A stretch of DNA of 63,102 nt, the filler included. It is 10 parts of 10 records of this genome, joined end to end, with 100 filler letters (N's around TTAATTAATTAA, not from the genome) between each part and the next. Parts side by side here need not be neighbours in the genome. Positions count along the whole stretch, not along the records: positions 53,669 to 58,778 come from SRR15195285_360; positions 58,879 to 63,102 come from SRR15195285_366; 8 more parts are not named here. The stretch is one strand, 5' to 3'. The notes under the pieces are model-generated. The model was given only the letters and a program-made list of their open reading frames with translations. It ran no database searches and had not been told where the DNA came from. Below are positions 56,820-63,102 of the stretch, piece after piece. Position numbers and translations under genes: made by a program. Position 1 is the stretch's first letter. The number at the start of each line of letters is the position of its first letter.

Positions 56820-57415
56820 CCCTTCCCGCCGTGATCAAAGACCGCACGCTCCTCTTGAGAGAGAGGGGGGGGGGTGTTGGGTGGGTGGGGTGCTGCCGAC
56901 TGCGTCTCCCCGCCGTCGTCGCGATATCGGGCGGCCCAGCCTACTACTACTGTCCAACGGCGGCTAGTACGCGTGGACTCTTCCCGGGTTGTGCTCGAAT
57001 CCTGATAATACTTAATAGGGTCCTGCTCGGGAAATGCCGCGCACGGTACTCATCCTGGGCAACCAACCATGCAACTTGCACTTACCGTAGTTCCTACTAT
57101 GAATATAATACTAGTAGTAGATGCATCCGGCCGTAGGAATTCCTCTCCGGGCAAGTAGAATCCGCATTATACAATTATGAGTATCTAAATGTGGTATATT
57201 ATCACGCGCTCCCGCGCGCGCGCGGTCTCCCGCGTGCGGCCGCGCGCCCCGTCGCCACATACCTAGCTCAGGACGCCGCGCGCCACCTACAGCTCGGTAA
57301 GCTCGCGGCGTCCTGCGGCGGCGCGACGGACACGCCAAGATGCGACGCCTCGCGAGAGCTCAGGGCGCAACCCGTTGAGGGACAGGGAACCGCCTAATCA
57401 TCAATCGCGCGCAGT

Positions 57416-58778
57416 ATGGACACGGATTACGCTGGTGATTGGTGCGCCCCGGCGATTGCTGCACACATCGGGTCGACGATGCTCGTGAACCAGTGGACTT
57501 CCGAGGACGGAATGCCGTGGGCGCAGGCCCTGAACGGTCTGCGTGGCGTGCAGGCGCAGCTCGAGCAGCCGGCTGCGCAGACAGGAGACGACCCGCTGGC
57601 GTTCGCGGCGGCAATAGTGCTGCATCTGATCGACCAGGCCGATCGGGAGCTGGCTGGCTCAGCGGTGGTGGCCTCGTGGGACCGGTGGCGGTACAAGACT
57701 GTGATCTACGAGCTGCTGAAGTCCGGAGTAATAGGCTCGGTGACCGCCGGCAACACACAGCCGCACCAGGGGACGGCCACGGCAGACCAAAGGCTTCCAT
57801 GGTCAATTGCGAAGCGTCAACTCTGGAACTTGTCGGCCGAGCCACAAGCGCGGCAACACCTGGCCACGCTCATGTCTAAGGCCATGAGGCCAGCGAGCGA
57901 GCAAGCGGGCTGGCCGGCTAGCCCACTGTTTCTCAACCAGCGAACACTTCTGCTGGCCGCGCGAGCTGGCTGTATCACCACTGTAGACTTGGCGGGCGGC
58001 GTTGCCCAGGCGACGGGGCACATCAAGGCGCTACTTGGCAATCCATGCAGGCCGCACGGCGGGGAGCTCGCTCTGCTCGACCACTTCAAGCTACCTTCAG
58101 AGCTGTTTCGGTTTGAGCTCGAGGCGATTTTGCTACGCGCGCTGCAGGAGAAGCGTGGAGGGAAGGTCGCGGTACAAAAAGAGGACCAGAGAGGGACGAC
58201 TCCGTGTCCGCGCCAGCAGCAGTGGCAGACGCCTGACCCTGGACTAGAGCCCGAGATGGAGCCGGAGCCAGCGGTCGACGTTGCAGAAGATACCGAGGTG
58301 TCCACAATGACCAGGGTACACAAGCTGACAGGACAGCAAGAGCCAGAACGCTCGCTACGACTCGAACTGCTTCAATGCTTCAAAAAGGGTGGGAAGAAGC
58401 AGCAGCTAATTGCGGGTGTACGACTGGTCGCTGGTTATCTGCGACCAGGGGATGTTCTGGCGGCAACTTCAGATCAAGCCGACAGCCCTGGACCTGTGCT
58501 ACTTGGACCAGTTGCGTCGATACAGCTAGATGGTGAGATACTTGAGGAGGCTACGGAGGGAATGGAATTCGCAGTGTCCGTTGGCGACGGGAAGAAGGGT
58601 TGCCCGGCAAAGTTTGGCGTAGCGTTCACACTTGAGGCGGATCTAGTTCTTGCGCCGCCGAGTCTGCTGTCAAATACTGTGGCTGCCTGTCATACGGCTG
58701 GTGGCAGTTCCAAGAAACAGCAGCGGGTTCAGGAAATGAAAAAGAAGAAGCGGCAGCAGCAGCAGCAGCAGCAGCAGC
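57416..58778 (+). CDS. Hypothetical protein with eIF5B/IF2 domain-IV-like beta-barrel; 3'-partial, ending in polyQ
   Basis: CFKKGG...LIAGVRLVAGYLRPGD...LGPVASIQLDGEILEEATEGMEFAVSV...KFGVAF resembles eIF5B domain IV. No GTPase motifs upstream. Confidence 0.55.
58753..58778. repeat. (CAG)n microsatellite at contig end
   Basis: gcagcagcagcagcagcagcagcagc abuts the linker. Confidence 0.95.
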
Positions 58779-58878
58779 NNNNNNNNNNNNNNNNNNNNNN
58801 NNNNNNNNNNNNNNNNNNNNNNTTAATTAATTAANNNNNNNNNNNNNNNNNNNNNNNNNNNNNNNNNNNNNNNNNNNN
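58779..58878. other. Artificial contig linker
   Basis: 44 N + TTAATTAATTAA + 44 N. Confidence 0.99.
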
Positions 58879-59465
58879 GAGGTCGGAATCCCGCTGGTGA
58901 GTCTTGACCGTACTATTCATAGTAGCAGGTGTACACTAGGAACTTCCTACTAGTACCCAGGTACTAATCTAGTACACGTACACTATCATGTACAATTCAT
59001 TGTATTCAGGCACAACTTAGAGTAAAGGTGTACGGTAACACATGGACTACTCATTGACAGTACCAGTGTACACTACTAGTACTATTCGAATGCTATTGAT
59101 ACCCCACTGGGCATGTGTATTCATCATTCTAGCTAGCTAGTGTACTATACGATAGCTAGTACACGTGACACGTACAGTACTCAGTAGCATACACCCCACC
59201 CTCTGTCAAGTGTTAACATCAAGAGAACATTCGTGCCAAGACACAACGAACGCCAGGTCGTCGGCGTCGCATGCGCCGCGCGGCGCCCATGCATGGTGCA
59301 CCAGGTGCAGCGCGCTAGCATGCGTCCACGCGCTCGCGGCCGGTGGCGCACAAGCGGCGAGTACTCGCGTGCTGGTAGGCGCCCTCTAGCTAGAGAGAAT
59401 AGTAGTACACGGAGGGTGCTCGCTGGCTGGAGGCTGCACGGTCAGCACCACTGCACGGACAGACA

Positions 59466-59624
59466 CAGCAGAGTGTAGATCGCAGCAGGGACAGCGTGCG
59501 CGCACGAGCCGGCGCCGGCACGTAGAGAAGAAGAACCGTGGGCCGTTGACGCGTCATTTGGAGCGTGAACCACTCACGGGCAGATCCAGCAGAGTGTAGA
59601 TCGCAGCAAGGACAGTGTGCGCAC
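59466..59624. repeat. ~38-bp direct repeat upstream of the channel gene
   Basis: cagcagagtgtagatcgcagcagggacagcgtgcgc (59466) versus cagcagagtgtagatcgcagcaaggacagtgtgcgc (59587). Confidence 0.85.
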
Positions 59625-59720
59625 AGCCCGAGGATGGCGCCTAGACATCTGATGCTACTGACGCGTTGATCACTGCTCCTTGGCCCTGGTGGCGAAGCTT
59701 TACATAGCGGCACCAGTGCA

Positions 59721-61400
59721 ATGAGCGAGGACATGCAGGCAGAAAACAGGAGGCTGAAGGCGAGCCTCAACGAAGCGGAGGCTAGACTTCGTGCTATTGA
59801 GAATCCAGATGGTGAGCTGACGCTCGCGTCTCTCGCAGCAAAGCTAGAGAGTATGAGCTCCAAGATGGACGAACAGACCGAGCGGTTTGAAGCGAGGATC
59901 GAAGAATTGTTGGGCAAAGATGGAGCAAGAGGCCCGCCGCCGTCTGCCGTGCCACTCGCGGAGACACTGTACGAGATGGAAGGCGTGGGAATGACAGAGG
60001 ACCAAGTTCGTGAGGCGAAGGAGTTGTTCGATCTGTACGACGAGGACGCAAGTGGAACCATCGATGCAGACGAGCTGATCAACGTGCTACGTCTTCTTGG
60101 GGAGAATCCATCAATCACCGAAGTGGACGCCATGATCAAAGAGGTGGACAAGAACCAAAATGGTGACCTGAATCTCAACGAATTCTTGACCGTCTACTAT
60201 CAAACTGTGCAGAAGCAAGCAGAGGAAAGCGGTATTGATCCGTCATCAAGTACGACTTCAGCAGCCTCTGACAGGCGAAAGCTGGCTGACATTTCGTTTT
60301 ATGGGGTTGGTGCGTTGATGAGATGGGTCAAACACGACGGCCACAAAGTAGGCGGCGATGTCGCAGGGGATGCTGTACCTGCTGTGCGGCGGGTGGCGCG
60401 GCAAATGTTGATCTCAAAGCCCATTGAGAGTCTCTTCTACTTTTGCATTGTGCTGTCTGCGGCTAACTCCGGGCTCCAAACCTACCCAGAGTACGAGCAC
60501 ACCAATCCAGTCGTATATCTGGGTCATTTCACAAACACAATGTTCGCCGTGGAGTGCGGCATCAAGTTGATCGCTGACAGCAGCTCGCTCGGGTGTTTGT
60601 GTGGCTTTTTCAAAGACCCGTGGAACTCGTTCGACATTGTAGTGCTGACTGCGTTGCTGGTGCTCACGCCACTGACGGCAGACGGTACGGGGGTTGGTGC
60701 GGTACGGGTGCTCCGAATTTTGCGATTGCTTCGTGCATTGCGAGTCTTACGTGCTGCGCGGGTTTTCCCACAGCTCACGCTTGTACTGGAGACCTTGATC
60801 CGGTCGATAGCAAGCGTCTTCTATATTCTGGCGTTCCTGACGCTCGTCGCGTACATCTTTGCCATCGTGGGAGTGACTTTGTTCGGCCAGAATGACCCAT
60901 TCCACTTCGGTACGCTCGGCCGTGCCATTACCACCTTATTTCGTGTGGCCACACGCGGAGGTTGGGGGAGGGTGATGTACTTCCAGCTCTATGGCTGCGA
61001 TGGTTTCGGCAATGGCTACGCAACATATGTCAGCGAAACAGCAACACATATCACTGAGAAATCCCTGGCGCGCGGCGACGGCAGTATGGACTGCGTACAT
61101 GAGGCATTCCCCATTTTCGGGCGAGCGTACTTTGCGATCTACATCTTTGTCGCAGCGATGCTGCTGTTGAACCTATTCGTCGGAGTCATCACCGACTCAA
61201 TGATGAAAATGCAGGCTGAAATGGAAGAGAAACAAAGCGAAGAGAAGGCTTGGATGGTTGCAACACGCCTGAAGGTTGCGGATGGAGGGTATTCTCCACG
61301 ACGAGATGGTACAACGCCTGACAACGGAAGCAATACAATGTTTGACAGTGAGCAGCCCGCGACCAGATTCAGCAATCCGATCGCCGGTGCCACAGAGTGA
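59721..61400 (+). CDS. Single-domain voltage-gated cation channel (BacNav/EukCat-like) with N-terminal calmodulin-like EF-hand pair
   Basis: EF-hands DEDASGTIDADE and DKNQNGDLNLNE; FFKDPWNSFD; S4 VRVLRILRLLRALRVLRAARV; FGQNDPFHFGTL...TLFRVATRGGW; S6 LNLFVGVI. Single exon, 559 aa. Confidence 0.9.
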   Translation: MSEDMQAENRRLKASLNEAEARLRAIENPDGELTLASLAAKLESMSSKMDEQTERFEARIEELLGKDGARGPPPSAVPLAETLYEMEGVGMTEDQVREAKELFDLYDEDASGTIDADELINVLRLLGENPSITEVDAMIKEVDKNQNGDLNLNEFLTVYYQTVQKQAEESGIDPSSSTTSAASDRRKLADISFYGVGALMRWVKHDGHKVGGDVAGDAVPAVRRVARQMLISKPIESLFYFCIVLSAANSGLQTYPEYEHTNPVVYLGHFTNTMFAVECGIKLIADSSSLGCLCGFFKDPWNSFDIVVLTALLVLTPLTADGTGVGAVRVLRILRLLRALRVLRAARVFPQLTLVLETLIRSIASVFYILAFLTLVAYIFAIVGVTLFGQNDPFHFGTLGRAITTLFRVATRGGWGRVMYFQLYGCDGFGNGYATYVSETATHITEKSLARGDGSMDCVHEAFPIFGRAYFAIYIFVAAMLLLNLFVGVITDSMMKMQAEMEEKQSEEKAWMVATRLKVADGGYSPRRDGTTPDNGSNTMFDSEQPATRFSNPIAGATE

Positions 61401-61585
61401 TGAGGCTGTCATTAATCGAATCAATGAGTTCGCTGGAATGGAAACGATGCCCGGTGTGCTACGGCGAGGACTGTTGACGCCTGCTCGAGGGCTACCGCGC
61501 CCTCATGAGATCCTCAATTTCATCGATCAGAAGACCGAGTTAGCCACCAGTGGCAATTTTAAAATCTATCCAATGAGCATTAGAT

Positions 61586-63102
61586 CTAGTGCTTTGCAGC
61601 AGCTTGTTCAGCCGTCTTCCGCAACGCTCTCTCCTTCTTGCTTTGACTTTGGCCCTCACACGATAGCGCGTTCACGACCACTCCCGCAGCATGAAGTCCT
61701 ATGAACGCCAAAACGTGAGGATAGTTCTATACCATTTTCACATGGACTGTAACTACTAGCGAGACAACTACGCACCGAACGCTGCCGGTATAAAGGAGCA
61801 TGTGCCATAAAATGATGCCTTGTGTTTGGATCTGTCAGGGGTCAGCTCAAACGCACCTACCATACCAAGCACACCAGAGGCCTCATGAGTTTAAAGCACA
61901 GAAATGATTGCAGACCACAAAGTCCTCCCTTGCACCATAACGGACGAGAATCTTCAGATTGGTTGCGCAACCGGTCACTGATTATACCTGTTTTCGGGAA
62001 CTCTTCTGAAGTAATGATTGTGACTCCACCGACAATGCCGTACCTGCATGTGTGGCCCAACAAAACAGAGCTGTGATTGTTGCCGCGATTCGCTGTGTAA
62101 AGCTTTACAAATTAGGCAGTCACGCACTGTTTTTCCAGCATCTTCCTGACAGTTGCGCCCAGTTTCTGCGAACCCAGCAGTGACAATACAAGTATTCCAA
62201 TGAGTAAACTGAGGTTGTCGTACGCTGCTGGTATGTGCTGCGGTGAGCTCAGGCCAGACACAGAAAGCACAACGTCAACATAGAGCGAGCAGACGACGCC
62301 ACAAGTATCTAAGATTGCCCTCATGCACCTCGTGTGGAATTGGTCCAGCGGCGCTGCGGTTGCCGGCACGCTTCGCATTTCGGATCGCAGTGCGGTCCCA
62401 CTGCATCAGGGATAGATCTGTGACAATGACCTTCGCTGGGTCAAGCCGTCCGCCAGCGCCCATGGAAGACACCACGCGGATTCGATGCTTTAGTGCGGCC
62501 CGGATCAACTCGACCTGACACAGCCAATGATAAGAAGACGTATTCGGATGTTTTCCATAGTTGTGCGTAGGTATGGAGCATCAGTTAGATTTTTACATAT
62601 CTGCGCGCCATGGCAACAGAAAGCTAAGTGAAACGCACCTTTGGCTGAAGAGAATCAATGGCATCGACGACAAAGTCAAAAGGCTCCGAGGCAACCAGGG
62701 CATCTACTTGTGCTGGATCCGCCGGCACAAACTCTTGCCGAGCGGTGACATGGCAACTCGGATTGATGTCGCGAATCCTCTCCGCTAACACAGCGGACTT
62801 TGGCTGGCCTTCCGTAGATGTCAGCGCGACGAGCTGCCGGTTCCGGTTGGTCGGGTCGACGTTGTCGCCGTCGACAATTGTGATGTGGCCTATCCCTGCC
62901 CGTGCGAGAAACTCTGCTGTGTATCCACCCACGCCACCCAAGCCAACGAGAAGCACCCGTGAGTTCGCTAGTCTCCCCATAGCATCCTCTCCGAGCAGCA
63001 GCGTGGAACGGCCGAGCCAGGCTGGCACTGACCCAGCTACGTCGTTGATCGGCTGAGCGCCGTGAGTGGGTAGCTGCTGCTGCTGCTGTTGCTGCTGCTG
63101 CT
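61586..63102 (-). CDS. tcdA: tRNA threonylcarbamoyladenosine dehydratase (TcdA/CsdL, ThiF/E1-like family), multi-exon, 5'-partial
   Basis: RSTLLLG...VLLVGLGGVGGYTAEFLARAGIG.ITIVDGD.V..TNRNRQL; FVVDAIDSLQPK | VELI...VVSSMGAGGRLDP; SFYGTCSFIPAAFG | LHAAGVVV...; stop TAG 61586-61588. The contig ends in a CTG repeat. Confidence 0.88.

Noticed and set aside
5478-58878. Nine regularly recurring TTAATTAATTAA motifs flanked by Ns, superficially like a repeat array or element ends
   Set aside because: They are identical 100-nt synthetic spacers with stops in all six frames, used to concatenate contigs.

Overview
This window is not contiguous DNA. It is ten eukaryotic contigs (1-5477, 5578-10237, 10338-14986, 15087-21229, 21330-26334, 26435-45253, 45354-49005, 49106-53568, 53669-58778, 58879-63102) joined by nine identical 100-nt artificial linkers (44 N + TTAATTAATTAA + 44 N), so adjacency across linkers carries no biological meaning. 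The DNA is GC-rich and gene-dense, with short GT-AG introns (donors GTGCGT, GTAAGT, GTGAGT, GTAGGA), typical of a fragmented protist single-cell or metagenome assembly. Picozoa is my unverified guess from recurrent protein motifs. Recognisable genes: an EAG/CNG-like K+ channel with grafted EF-hands, a FAM210/DUF1279 protein, a TRP-channel fragment, an intron-containing bacterial-type C5 DNA methyltransferase, two secreted beta-helix proteins, an OCRL/INPP5B-like probable pseudo-phosphatase, a U-box protein, an ArsM/AS3MT-like methyltransferase, a ~4000-aa Nup188-like mosaic protein, an H15 linker-histone-domain protein, a NIPA transporter, a secreted DnaJ-ShKT protein, OXA1, an EF-hand single-domain voltage-gated channel and TcdA. 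The strongest hidden signal, missed by the ORF track, is that the ArsM-like gene continues through two in-frame UGA codons. The second UGA sits at the conserved catalytic Cys position, and a non-canonical SECIS-like hairpin follows in the 3' UTR, so this is a probable two-selenocysteine methyltransferase. All domain calls come from motif recognition by eye; no searches were run.
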